From positions 480,001 through 544,000 of the forward strand of contig CAVWPA010000001.1 in assembly GCA_963756875.1 (NCBI GenBank): a stretch of DNA of 64,000 bases, written 5' to 3'. The notes under the pieces are model-generated. The model searched no databases, was not told the DNA's origin, and saw nothing but the letters and a program-made list of their open reading frames with translations. Both the position numbers and the translations under genes were made by a program. This DNA comes from an uncultured Verrucomicrobiae bacterium (GTDB taxonomy: Bacteria > Verrucomicrobiota > Verrucomicrobiia > Chthoniobacterales > UBA10450). Shown here in pieces: positions 20,213 through 31,450 of the stretch; within the stretch, counting starts at the first letter, position 1, and every line of letters begins with the position of its first letter.

Positions 20213-21096
20213 AGCTCTTTGCCGTAGAAGGCGAACGCTGCCAGCGACGTATAAAACGCGATGTAAAATACTCCAAGCGCCGCCGTTTTCACGAACAGGA
20301 CCGAAGGAATCGCTGTGCCCGCAACGATATCGTCGACGAGGTTAAACGCCTGCAGGTCTGGGAAAGCCAGCGCAACGATTGCCAGAAAGAAGCGTGCGAT
20401 CCAGCCGGCGGCTTTTTCCTGCAACCAATACTCGCGAGCCGTCGCCTCCAGGTGGCCGATGAAGTAAATACAAAACATGACCATCACGGTGAAAATATTC
20501 GTGCTCGCGAAAGTGGAAATGAAAAGGGTGAGGGCGGCGAGCAAACACGCTTTCAGGTAAATGATGGTGATGCCCGGGAACAGGTCGATGGTGATGGCGG
20601 ACGAGCGCACCGCGCGCAATGCCTCCTCGAGTTGCGCGCGCGGAGCATGCGCGAACTGACGCGCTGTTTCGCCCAGCACCGTTTGCTCGCGCATATAAAG
20701 AACGGCAATAAACATGGCGCTCATGAGCAGGATGCTGATCCCAAGCAGCAGGAGCACGCCGGCAAGTTTCCCGAGCAGATACTCAAATCGCGGCACCGGC
20801 TTGGCGAGAATCGTGTAGATGGTCCGGTCCTCGATGTCTTGTGGAATCAGGCGCGCTGTCCCGAGAATCGCCAGCAGCGAGGTAAAGATCGACATGGCCC
20901 CAAGCGAAATATCTTTGAGGATCTGAAACTCCTGCTGAAAGCTGAAGCGCGCCATGAACACAGAACTGCCGATCAGGAGCAGGGCGAAAATGAGCAGGAA
21001 GTAGAAAACCCTCTGCCGCGTTAGCTCAGTCAGTGTGTTGGACGTGATGGCGCTGATCCGCGCCGGCGAAAAAGCACGATGCTGTTGTGCAGTCAT
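20209..21096 (-). CDS. ABC-2 type transporter permease
   Basis: EDRTIYTILAKPVPRFEYLLGK and TM segments. Confidence 0.85.
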   Translation of the reverse strand: MTAQQHRAFSPARISAITSNTLTELTRQRVFYFLLIFALLLIGSSVFMARFSFQQEFQILKDISLGAMSIFTSLLAILGTARLIPQDIEDRTIYTILAKPVPRFEYLLGKLAGVLLLLGISILLMSAMFIAVLYMREQTVLGETARQFAHAPRAQLEEALRAVRSSAITIDLFPGITIIYLKACLLAALTLFISTFASTNIFTVMVMFCIYFIGHLEATAREYWLQEKAAGWIARFFLAIVALAFPDLQAFNLVDDIVAGTAIPSVLFVKTAALGVFYIAFYTSLAAFAFYGKEL

Positions 21097-21242
21097 AGAC
21101 TGAATGACGAATGACGAATGACGAATGACGAAGGAACTCCGAATGACAAAAACAGAACTCGCGCATGATACGTGGTGCAGTAGTTCGTCATTCGCCTGCC
21201 GCGCCGAAGCTGAGCGAAGGAGGGAGCTTCCTCATTCATTCG

Positions 21243-22106
21243 TCATTTGTCCTTTTGAGCTCCGTCATTCCCCGTCGCTTCCAGAAACAGGCGTTCCAGT
21301 GTGGTGGTCGATCTTCTTCGCTCGATCAATTTTGCGTTGGATCTGGAGGCGAGCTTTTCGATTTCACTCACCAGTGCGTCCGAAGCATTTTCAAGGATTA
21401 GTTCTGTTCGTTGTTCGATCGCGATCAATTCATCTAGACGGCCCTCCCGGACGAGAGCGCCATTCGCCAGGATGCCGACCCGGTCGCATACTTCCTGGAC
21501 CTGCGCGAGTAAATGCGACGAGAGCAGCACTGTGATTCCGCGTTGTTTTAAATCGATAATCAAATTTCGAATCCGATGCGATCCCGCCGGATCGACACCT
21601 GCGGTCGGTTCGTCCAACACGATCACTTTGGGCTCGTTAATCAACGTCTGGGCGAGCCCGATCCTTTGCAGCATTCCCTTGGAATAAGTGCCGAGCCTGC
21701 GGCTGCGAGCATTCGTTAGGCCGACCAGATCGAGCAACTCGTCGATTCTTTTTTGCAGGCGCCGGCCGCGCCATCCGCAGAGCTTTCCAAAAAAGCGGAG
21801 CGTCTCTTCACCGCTGAGAAACTTATAAAAATAGGGGTTCTCGGGTAAAAAGCCGACCGCCTCACGGCTCTCCACCAGTCGGCTGTCGCAGCCGAAAATT
21901 TCCGTGCTGCCGCGCGTCGGATAAACGAGGCCCAGGATGATTTTGAGGGTCGTGCTTTTTCCAGAGCCGTTCGGGCCGAGTAATCCGTAAATTTCGCCGG
22001 CCTCGACGCGCAGATCGAGGTCGCGGACGGCTGTAATCGGTTCTCGATGAAACGGGACCGGGAAGACCTTGGTCAACTTGTGGACCGCAATCGCAGCTTC
22101 AGTCAT
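21243..22106 (-). CDS. ABC transporter ATP-binding protein
   Basis: GPNGSGKST, YSKGMLQR, LDEP, SSH. Confidence 0.95.
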   Translation of the reverse strand: MTEAAIAVHKLTKVFPVPFHREPITAVRDLDLRVEAGEIYGLLGPNGSGKSTTLKIILGLVYPTRGSTEIFGCDSRLVESREAVGFLPENPYFYKFLSGEETLRFFGKLCGWRGRRLQKRIDELLDLVGLTNARSRRLGTYSKGMLQRIGLAQTLINEPKVIVLDEPTAGVDPAGSHRIRNLIIDLKQRGITVLLSSHLLAQVQEVCDRVGILANGALVREGRLDELIAIEQRTELILENASDALVSEIEKLASRSNAKLIERRRSTTTLERLFLEATGNDGAQKDK

Positions 22107-22374
22107 GGCGAATCTCGAATCCTTGCGCCGCCATCGGTTCCGGCAATTTCGATTCGGTCTGTTTGCGAATGTAGGCGCGCAACTCGCTTTGCCCGATCGC
22201 CTCCAGAAATGCGCGCACTTCCTCCTCTTCGCCGCTTATTTGCATTTCAACGCGACCATCGATCAAATTCCGCACCCAACCGGTGACGTCGAAACCCTTG
22301 GCGATGTGTCGCACCGACCACCGGAAGCCGACGCCTTGGACGCGGCCCTCGTAAAGTACCTGGAACGAGATCAT
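22099..22374 (-). CDS. acyP: Acylphosphatase
   Basis: GRVQGVGFR, GWVRN. Confidence 0.92.
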   Translation of the reverse strand: MISFQVLYEGRVQGVGFRWSVRHIAKGFDVTGWVRNLIDGRVEMQISGEEEEVRAFLEAIGQSELRAYIRKQTESKLPEPMAAQGFEIRHD

Positions 22375-22714
22375 GCAAATTATGGCAACGAAAGCGTTCC
22401 GTGGGCGGGCGATAAATGCAAGCCGGAGAGTGGCTGCTCTCTCTTCCGTTGATATTAGCAGGTCGACAAGATGACCGACGGGCCGTTTGGAAACAACCGC
22501 CGTGGAAAAATCGTCTGAAGCTCTTCGTGCCATCGTCTGTCACCGGATTTTGTGGATCAGACCGTTAACTGACGCACGGTGTTATCTGTAGCGGCGGTCT
22601 GCGACCGTCGCTCGAATTCATCTGCAGCATGATATTTGCGACGGTCATCCGCCTTCGCTCGGCTACGGCGCGACAGGTAGACCGCCGCTACAGCTGGTGC
22701 GTCGATCAGCCTGA

Positions 22715-23173
22715 CTAATTACCCAGCGGCAGCGGAACCGGAATCGGTGTCGGCTCGATCGTTGGATCTGAAACCGGCGCTGGTGACGTTCCTGATCCCG
22801 AATCGATATCACCAAGCGCCGACGGCGCTGGCCGCGACGCTTCCGAAGATGCAGTTTTGGCGCTGGCGAGCAATCGTGCCGGCGCGGGCTGAATGTCGTT
22901 GGCTGCGACGTAGCCTTCTTCTCCCGTCTCCAATCTTACCTTGCACAAGCTCCATGAAGCGCGGGTCAGCGTCATGAGGGTGTCTTTTGGCAAAACTCTG
23001 TTTGGGCCGCTGGCTTGCCGCGGTCCGTAGTAATAAAACGCGGTCGAATCCGTCGCTACCGCATACGATTTCGCGCTGTTCTCCGCGCTGAGGGAACTCA
23101 GGGCCGAGCACCCGCACAAAATCGATGCCGTGGCGACCGATGACAGGATGACCAAAATCATTCTCGCTTGCAC
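22715..23173 (-). CDS. SH3-like domain lipoprotein
   Basis: Lipobox LCGC; KVRLETGEEGYV; Pro-rich tail. Confidence 0.6.
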   Translation of the reverse strand: MQARMILVILSSVATASILCGCSALSSLSAENSAKSYAVATDSTAFYYYGPRQASGPNRVLPKDTLMTLTRASWSLCKVRLETGEEGYVAANDIQPAPARLLASAKTASSEASRPAPSALGDIDSGSGTSPAPVSDPTIEPTPIPVPLPLGN

Positions 23174-23209
23174 CCAGGCGAGTAAAGCTTAAGCCGTTCC
23201 AGGGTGCGT

Positions 23210-23728
23210 TTACTTGTACGAATAAACGAAGCAAACGCTGCTCTCGTCGCCTTCGCTCAGCGAAACCCGGATGTAATACTGCCCGCTGTTGGCGGGTGAA
23301 AATCCGGCTGCGGCTTTTTGGTCCGCATTGTAACTCTCGGTCTGGACACGTTTCCCAGTCTCGTCGTAAACATCGACCGCGAGTTTTTTCGCCGTGGGGG
23401 TGGCGCCTACCGAAAACCAATATTGATTGCCCGCGTATAGATTCACGGCGATGAGGGCATGTTCGTGCGGTTTGATGACGCCGCACCAGTGGCCGTCCCG
23501 GGTTTTGAAACCGTCGTTTGAAAACGCGCCCGCAAGATCGAGCGCCACTTTGCGTGCCTCGACTTCCTGGTCTGTTTCGGCGGCCCTCACAAGCATCGGA
23601 GCGGCGATTACGAACAGCATCGACGATAACGAAATCAACGCCGGCATCGATCTGCCCCGGACAATCTGCACTGCGGAGCGGGAAAAGGTTGACCAGACGG
23701 AAGGCGAACTAGTCCGGCGCCGTTTCAT
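23210..23728 (-). CDS. Secreted hypothetical protein
   Basis: Signal-like segment, LYAGNQYWF; overlaps the upstream gene stop. Confidence 0.65.
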   Translation of the reverse strand: MKRRRTSSPSVWSTFSRSAVQIVRGRSMPALISLSSMLFVIAAPMLVRAAETDQEVEARKVALDLAGAFSNDGFKTRDGHWCGVIKPHEHALIAVNLYAGNQYWFSVGATPTAKKLAVDVYDETGKRVQTESYNADQKAAAGFSPANSGQYYIRVSLSEGDESSVCFVYSYK

Positions 23729-24543
23729 TTCTTTGCGTCCGTCTTGCTTTGGATCTCGTCCATCATTTTGCCGACTGCTTGATTGACTTTGCGCACGTCA
23801 TCAGCGCTCGGCGCCTTGCCCGGAGGCAGCGAGACGAGTTTCTCGACCCCATTCAACTGTTCGCTCACTTCTTTCACCAGCGGCTGGCTTTGCACTTCGG
23901 GCGAAATGTCGGTCATCTTTGAATGGATGTAGGCGACCAGCGCCGGTTGTCTCAACACCTTCGCGCTTCGCTCGTCGTAATTTTGCATGATCGACGCGCT
24001 CACCACTTGCGTGCCGCGAATCCATCCGCCCACGCTCACCAGAATGATCAGGTCCTGGTCCTGGTGCGATTTCATCGACGACTTCACCTCGTTCTGGGTG
24101 GCTTCGAGTTCTTCCTGAAGCGCGTCCCAATCGTTGTCTTCCGCGAATTCGTTGATGCTCTTGCCGCGACTCAGAACGTTCTCGCTCACGCCCAGGGCCT
24201 TGGCGAGCTTGATGACATCGCCGCCGATATTTTTAACTTGCTGGCTGTCCTGCGCTTCGACTGCGATGAAGCCATCGGCGATCAGCCCGCCCAGGTTGAG
24301 CGCGATCTGGGCGCGATTGCTGTAGGTCATGGAGATGGGACCGCGATATTGGCTGGTCCAGTTTGGCTTGCCCGGTTTCTCAAGCGCCGCGAAAAGTTCG
24401 CCCGGAGTCGGGATCGTGATCGAATCGCTACGGATCGCGTCGGTCAGTTGATGTGTTGTTAATTTTGGCGACTCGGCACCGGGCGCCGTTGCGAGCAACG
24501 CGAGCAATAGAATCGGAAAGGCGACACGGCCCCAAGCAAACAT
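23725..24543 (-). CDS. Secreted hypothetical protein
   Basis: Signal peptide; 272-aa helical ORF. Confidence 0.7.
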   Translation of the reverse strand: MFAWGRVAFPILLLALLATAPGAESPKLTTHQLTDAIRSDSITIPTPGELFAALEKPGKPNWTSQYRGPISMTYSNRAQIALNLGGLIADGFIAVEAQDSQQVKNIGGDVIKLAKALGVSENVLSRGKSINEFAEDNDWDALQEELEATQNEVKSSMKSHQDQDLIILVSVGGWIRGTQVVSASIMQNYDERSAKVLRQPALVAYIHSKMTDISPEVQSQPLVKEVSEQLNGVEKLVSLPPGKAPSADDVRKVNQAVGKMMDEIQSKTDAKK

Positions 24544-24722
24544 AGGCGCAAAATTAACCTGCCCGGAAAACTATGCCAGCGGGAATCATCGGCCAAGCTA
24601 ATAATAATTTACGGGAAAATCGATAATTTCTATCTTGACCTGGCGGGTGGAAATTTGGTAACGACTATCTAATGGCGCCCCAGGGGCGTGGCTGCAACCG
24701 CAAGTCATGGTATTCTTCCGCC

Positions 24723-25058
24723 ATGACACTCAAAGCTTGGATTTTGTTGCTCGCGGTTTTCGGCATGGTATCACTCGCGCCCATTTCTTTCGCTCAGGAG
24801 GTAGATGGCAGCGAACTGCGTCGAGAAGTACGCGAACAAAACGAAAGAGTCAGCAAATTGTCGATTGAGGAGCAGCTCAAACTGCGCGCTGCGGAACAAA
24901 AGGCGGCGGAAGATCCGGCTGTAAAGGCCGCGTTGGAAAAACGAAACAAGGCGATCCAGGAATTTCGCGCCACGCTGCGGACGAGCATGATCAAGGCCGA
25001 CCCGACCGTCGAACCGATTCTGGCGAAAGTGGCGATCCGCGCAAAGCGGAACCCATAA
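24723..25058 (+). CDS. Small secreted helical hypothetical protein
   Basis: Signal peptide MTLKAWILL..SFA. Confidence 0.6.
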   Translation: MTLKAWILLLAVFGMVSLAPISFAQEVDGSELRREVREQNERVSKLSIEEQLKLRAAEQKAAEDPAVKAALEKRNKAIQEFRATLRTSMIKADPTVEPILAKVAIRAKRNP

Positions 25059-25151
25059 AGCGTCATCCTGTGACCGTCTCACTCTGCGAACCGCGGCGGT
25101 GCGATGATTAAAGTCGAAAACTTGATTGTCAGCGCGCCGCAACTGCACTAA

Positions 25152-26444
<1,293 letters not shown>

Positions 26445-26447
<3 letters not shown>

Positions 26448-26722
26448 TGTTGTGCAACCGGTATGGCTTGCCAATCGTTGAATTCAAAATGGCCCGCCGC
26501 CAAGGCGCGACGAGAGAGCATGTCTTCTGCGACCTGTGATCGAGGAGCAACGCAGGTGCCGGGGCATTTTCAATTCAACCCTTCGGGCCGCAGTTCTTTG
26601 AACGAATTTCTACGTCGCTCGCTTGGCCTGTATCGCAGCGGATACAGGCGCTTTGCTTGCTTCTCGAAATTCGCCCAAACTCTTCGCGGCGATTGGCAAG
26701 CCATACCGGTTACACAACACTA
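26445..26722. mobile_element. MITE-like element, 33-bp TIRs, TA-flanked (copy 1)
   Basis: tagtgttgtgcaaccggtatggcttgccaatcg (26445-26477) versus the reverse complement of 26690-26722: 32/33 identical. Confidence 0.85.
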
Positions 26723-26724
26723 AA

Positions 26725-27084
26725 GTGGATCAGACCTACGGTGATTTCCGTGCGCGCCGCGAGGCCACAGTTTGGCAGCGCATGAACCGGCTCCTTCGAG
26801 TTCTGCTCGTTCTTGCGGTCTGGTTGGTAATGATGAGTCTGTTCGCTCCGCCTTACAAAAAATTGAAGCAGAGTCACGCTGAGATCGATCGCCTTCAGTC
26901 GCGGGTGAACGAGCAGAAAACCTTGCTGGCCAGGCAAACCCGGGAAGTGAGCCTGCTGAAGACGGATCCGGCTTATCTCGAAACCATTGCGCGTGATCGT
27001 CTCGATTTGATGAAGCGGGGCGAAACGATTTTTCGCCTCGAGCCGCCGCGGGATGTGGCCAAGGGAAATCCCGCGAGGAAATAA
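26725..27084 (+). CDS. ftsB: Septum formation initiator FtsB/DivIC
   Basis: TM + coiled coil + DPAYLETIARDRLDLMKRGE; eno-ftsB synteny; GTG start. Confidence 0.85.
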   Translation: MDQTYGDFRARREATVWQRMNRLLRVLLVLAVWLVMMSLFAPPYKKLKQSHAEIDRLQSRVNEQKTLLARQTREVSLLKTDPAYLETIARDRLDLMKRGETIFRLEPPRDVAKGNPARK

Positions 27085-27089
27085 CTTCG

Positions 27090-27201
27090 GGGTAGCGCAC
27101 GCGTCTCGCGTGCTGGCGTCGGCGCCTCGCCGACGCGGACTTTTGGGAAAGCTTGTTTCCGCGAGACGCGCAAACCAGCACGCGAGACGCGTGCGCTACC
27201 C
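27090..27201. repeat. REP-like palindrome family A, copy 1
   Basis: gggtagcgcacgcgtctcgcgtgc...gcacgcgagacgcgtgcgctaccc; related copies at 33695, 37142, 50597. Confidence 0.85.
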
Positions 27202-27278
27202 AGAGATAGCATGCGCGTAGCCGCCACGGAAGTCGCGTTGCTTTTGCATGCGGCGCCTGGTTCTATTATCTTCCTCAC

Positions 27279-28416
27279 ATGCCAACCGAAATCTCCACCA
27301 TCGACGCTGAAGGCTTGAAGTCGCGCCTGCACGAGCTGCGGAGGTTTCTTTGACCTGCCCAAATTGCAGGAAAAGTTAGGCGCGCTGGAGGCGCGGATGA
27401 GCGCGCCGGATTTTTGGAGCAATCGCGAGCGCGCACAGCAGGATGTGGATGAAGTTTCGCGATTGCGTTCGCTCATCAACCCGTTTCGTGAGCTGGAAAG
27501 CGAGGTGGACGATTTCGAAGCGCTGCATCAGCTGGCAGCCGAGGAAAAGAACGAAGCGCATCGCGCGCAAGCCGAGCGTGAGGTCGCGACGGAGCACGAT
27601 CGGCTTCTTCATAAGGTGGAGGAATTCGAGCTGCGCCAGTTTCTCGCCGGCGAGAACGACCGCGGCAACGCCTTTCTCACGATCCACTCGGGGGCCGGCG
27701 GCACAGAGTCGTGCGACTGGGCCGATATGCTGTTGCGCATGTACCAACGCTGGATCGAGCGTAGCGGTCTCAAATCGCAAATCGTCGATGTCCAGACTGG
27801 TGAAGAAGTTGGAATCAAGTCGGTCACGCTGCTGGTGAGCGGCGAGTTCGCCTACGGCTATCTCCAGACGGAGCGCGGCGTTCATCGGCTGGTGCGCATT
27901 TCACCATTCGACGCGAACAAACGGCGGCATACATCGTTCGCCAGTGTCGATGTTGTCCCGGAAATCGCCGAAACAACACCTGTCGAAATCAATTCTGCTG
28001 ATATTGAAGTCGGCACCTTCCGCAGCGGCGGGAAGGGCGGACAAAACGTCAACAAGGTCGAGACGGCCGTTCGCATTTTGCACAAGCCAACTGGCATTGT
28101 TGTTGCCTGTCAGGCCGAGCGCAGCCAGGGACGAAACCGCGAGCTCGCGCTTAAAATGTTAAAGGCGAAACTTTATCAGCTCGAGGAAGACAAAAAGCGC
28201 GCGGAAATCGATCGACAATACGGAGAGAAAGGCGAGATCGCCTGGGGCAGCCAGATTCGATCTTATGTTTTTCAGCCATATCAAATGGTGAAAGACCACC
28301 GTACCGGCGCCGAGACGAGCAACGTTCAGGATGTAATGGACGGGAACATTGACATGTTCATTCAGGCAAAATTACGCGGGCAGAAGAATACGAAAGGCGA
28401 TAAAGACGAGCTGTAG
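27279..28416 (+). CDS. prfB: Peptide chain release factor 2 with programmed +1 frameshift
   Basis: ATG 27279, 24 codons to CTT TGA C (27348-27354) with an upstream GGAGG; +1 frame carries SPF and GGQ. Confidence 0.97.
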
Positions 28417-28471
28417 CGGCGCTCCATGAGCGTCGGACGAATAATGCGACGGTCACAGACCGCCGCTACAG
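28411..28471. repeat. GTAG-type REP family B (ctgtagcggcg...cgccgctacag)
   Basis: Related copies at 22586-22693 and 58255-58322; this copy contains the stops of both prfB and the SprT-like gene. Confidence 0.8.
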
Positions 28472-29172
28472 GGAAGCACCCGTAACCGAAACCGCGCGTC
28501 GAATTTTCCCCGGTTATGCGCGCGACAACACGCCAGACAGGCGACCGCACGCCGCACGCGACGCACTCGCGGGAAAATCTGGCGACAATTCGGGCAGCGA
28601 TAAATAAAGCGCGCCGCATAAGTACGCTTTGCGAATGGAAGATTGTGACAGCGCTTTTCATTGCCGATTCCCAGGTCCCGGCAGGCCTGGCGCCATTCAT
28701 TCCCGTGCGGCAAAATCCGGCGCCGCCCGGCGCGGAACTGCGCGAGGAAATGAGCGAGTTCGTGTCGCAACGTGCGATCGATTTCATCGGCGTGATGAAT
28801 CAGCTGCGGATTTAGCGTGATCAGTTTCTTCCGATAATCGGCGCGTCCGGCGCACGTTTTCAAACGTGAGTTCCACTCGACGCGAATTTCATTTGCGATT
28901 CGGCGCGCGCCGTTGGCGTGTAAAAGCTGGCGCACTGTCGACTCCAGCTCCGCGTCGCGACCATGAAATTGTAGGGCAACCGCCTCGGTTGCCGTTTTTG
29001 AGGCCGGCAGGCGGAGCGCCCGCCCTACAACAACAGCATCGCCATTGTGTGATTGGCGCTCGACGCTGCCCTCGCCGTGCGACTCCGTCGTCCGCCTCTC
29101 CCTCAGGGAGAGGACTGAGGTGAGGGCTTTCGAGTTTACAAATGCCAACTCAAGTTGCTCAGGCGACCGCAT
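28453..29172 (-). CDS. SprT-like zinc metalloprotease
   Basis: WNSRLKTCAG, TLRHELAH, HGNEW, YRCPNC..CLAC. Confidence 0.88.
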   Translation of the reverse strand: MRSPEQLELAFVNSKALTSVLSLRERRTTESHGEGSVERQSHNGDAVVVGRALRLPASKTATEAVALQFHGRDAELESTVRQLLHANGARRIANEIRVEWNSRLKTCAGRADYRKKLITLNPQLIHHADEIDRTLRHELAHFLAQFRAGRRRILPHGNEWRQACRDLGIGNEKRCHNLPFAKRTYAARFIYRCPNCRQIFPRVRRVRRAVACLACCRAHNRGKFDARFRLRVLPCSGGL

Positions 29173-30328
29173 GTTCGGCGCTTTTCAGTTTTTCAAGTCG
29201 ACCAAGAACGCGGCCGATGGCTTCCCCGGCACGATCGATTTCTTCCGTCGACGTCCATTTGCCTAACGAAAAACGGACCGCCGATCCCGCCCGTTCCATT
29301 GGCAGACCCATCGCGAGCAGGACATGCGACGCAACCACTGAGCCGACCATGCAGGCGGATCCGCTCGAAGCGCAGAGGCCTTCCACATCGAGCGCCATGA
29401 GCATTGTTTCTGAGTCGATCCCGGGAAAACTTACGTTTAGCGTGTTCGCGAGGCGGCGTGGGACATCGGCGTTTTGCCGTGCTGCCGGGAAACGCTTCGC
29501 GATGCCGGTCCACAATTTGTCGCGCAATTGCGCTTCGCGGTCCTGTTCGATCTCATGATCGCGCAGTACCCATTCGGCAGCGGCAGCCATGCCTGCGATT
29601 GCGGCGACGTTTTCCGTCCCGGGCCGCCGCTCGTTTTCATGCGCGCCGCCGAACAGGATTGGTTGAATCGACAGTCCGCTTTTCAAAAGAAGGAATCCCG
29701 CGCCTTTCGGTCCGTAAAACTTGTGCCCGGCGAAACTGGCCGCATCGACCAGTCCCACGCTTTCGGGATCGATATCGATTTTTCCGAACGACTGCACCAT
29801 ATCGCTGTGCAGAGGGACGCCATGTCTGCGGCAGATTTCCGAGATCTCGCGGATCGGCTGGATCACTCCGGTCTCGTTGTTTGCCGTCATAATCGAAATA
29901 AGCCGCGTCTCCGGCCGGATCGAGTCGTCGAGCTGATCGACATCGACAATTCCATTTTCCGAAACATCGAGCCAGGTCACCTCAAATCCTTCTCGCTTTT
30001 CCAGATGTTCGACCGCGTTGAGAACCGCGTGATGCTCGGCCTTGTTTGAGATCACGTGACCGCCGGGTGACGATCCGTTTCGCGCCAGGCCCAGTACGGC
30101 GAGGTTGCACGACTCGGTGCCGCCGCTCGTGAAAATGATTTCGCTGGGTTTGGCGTGCAGAAGCGCGGCCAGCTTATCGCGCGCGTTGTCAATCGCCGCG
30201 CGCGCCTCCCGTCCTGCGGCATGAACACTCGAAGGGTTCCCGAAGTATCGCTCCAGATACGGCAGCATCGCTTCGCGCGCCGCATCGCAAAGCGGTGTCG
30301 TCGCGTTGTAATCGAGGTAAATCATCAA
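29159..30328 (-). CDS. iscS: Cysteine desulfurase (IscS/NifS family)
   Basis: YLDYNATTP, GNPSSVH, GHKFYGPKG, SSGSAC. Confidence 0.92.
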   Translation of the reverse strand: MMIYLDYNATTPLCDAAREAMLPYLERYFGNPSSVHAAGREARAAIDNARDKLAALLHAKPSEIIFTSGGTESCNLAVLGLARNGSSPGGHVISNKAEHHAVLNAVEHLEKREGFEVTWLDVSENGIVDVDQLDDSIRPETRLISIMTANNETGVIQPIREISEICRRHGVPLHSDMVQSFGKIDIDPESVGLVDAASFAGHKFYGPKGAGFLLLKSGLSIQPILFGGAHENERRPGTENVAAIAGMAAAAEWVLRDHEIEQDREAQLRDKLWTGIAKRFPAARQNADVPRRLANTLNVSFPGIDSETMLMALDVEGLCASSGSACMVGSVVASHVLLAMGLPMERAGSAVRFSLGKWTSTEEIDRAGEAIGRVLGRLEKLKSAEHAVA

Positions 30329-30395
30329 CGCGTCTTCTTACTCCTGCTCCTGCTCCTGCTCATGAGCTTTGTCACGGCGCGTCCGACTGTCGCGC

Positions 30396-31322
30396 TCATT
30401 CATGAAACTCATTTTCTTGTGTAGCGGTCTCCCCATCTTTCCGTTTCGGCACGATTCGCAATTGTTTTTCTTCGTAGTAAGCAAGCGAATCGGGCGGCAC
30501 ACTTTGCATTAGGAAGACGTTGCCGCCGATTGTCGTTCTCGCGCCGATGACCGTTTCGCCGCCGAGGATGGTCGAGTTGGGATAGATCGTGACGTCGTCT
30601 TCCACGTTTGGATGGCGTTTACCGCCTTTCTTAATCTTGCCGCGCTCGTCTTTTTGGAAGCTGCGCGCACCGAGAGTCACGCCGTGATACAATTTCACAT
30701 GCGAGCCAATTTCCGAAGTCTCGCCGATCACAACGCCTGTTCCATGGTCGATAAAGAAATGTGAGCCGATTTTTGCGCCGGGATGAATGTCGATCCCGGT
30801 ACGGCTGTGTGCCCATTCCGTCATGATGCGCGGGATCAGCGGCACTTTTTCATATAAGAGATGCGCCATGCGGTAAATGGCGATGGCTTCCAGAGCCGGA
30901 TAAGCCAGAATGATTTCCTCGTAGCTTTTTGCCGCAGGATCGCCTTCATAGGCGGCGTCGATATCTGTCCAGAGAACGCGGCGCAGGCGCGGCAGTTCCG
31001 CCATAAAAAAGGAAAGAATCTGTTCCGCCTCGGCCTCAGTGGTTTCGTTAGGCGGTATCTTGCCGAGGCTCCTGCAAATCTCGGTTTTGAGCCGGGCATG
31101 CAGATTTCGCACCCGGATCCGCGTTGTCTCGGCCAGATCTTCGGAGCTGACGAGCGCCTCGCTGCGGAAGCCAGGAAACATCAAGCTCATCAGTTCGGCG
31201 CAAGCCGCCTCGATAGCCAGCCGCGAGGGCAACGTGGCTGCTGCGTCGAGATAATTGATTCCCCCGGTTTCCCCGTAGGTTTCGAGCAGATCATCGACTG
31301 CGTCTCGCGCGGTTGTTTGCAT
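30396..31322 (-). CDS. cysE: Serine O-acetyltransferase
   Basis: GDPAA, TGIDIHPGA, FIDHGTGVVIGET, KRHP. Confidence 0.92.
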   Translation of the reverse strand: MQTTARDAVDDLLETYGETGGINYLDAAATLPSRLAIEAACAELMSLMFPGFRSEALVSSEDLAETTRIRVRNLHARLKTEICRSLGKIPPNETTEAEAEQILSFFMAELPRLRRVLWTDIDAAYEGDPAAKSYEEIILAYPALEAIAIYRMAHLLYEKVPLIPRIMTEWAHSRTGIDIHPGAKIGSHFFIDHGTGVVIGETSEIGSHVKLYHGVTLGARSFQKDERGKIKKGGKRHPNVEDDVTIYPNSTILGGETVIGARTTIGGNVFLMQSVPPDSLAYYEEKQLRIVPKRKDGETATQENEFHE

Positions 31323-31450
31323 CAGAGGCAAAAGTACGCGACGCAGAAGGAGCAATCAAAGTGAATCGTTGCGTCGCTTACACGCAGCGGTAACCGGATT
31401 GAACGATAGAATCAAGACGATGGAACAACTTAACCGTTCACGAATGCCGC

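Noticed and set aside
26463..26723. Small ORFs inside the MITEs as transposases (also 44605-44949)
   Set aside because: Too short, no DDE or HUH motifs, and not conserved between copies.
27279..27364. prfB pseudogene
   Set aside because: The stop is the canonical programmed frameshift site.
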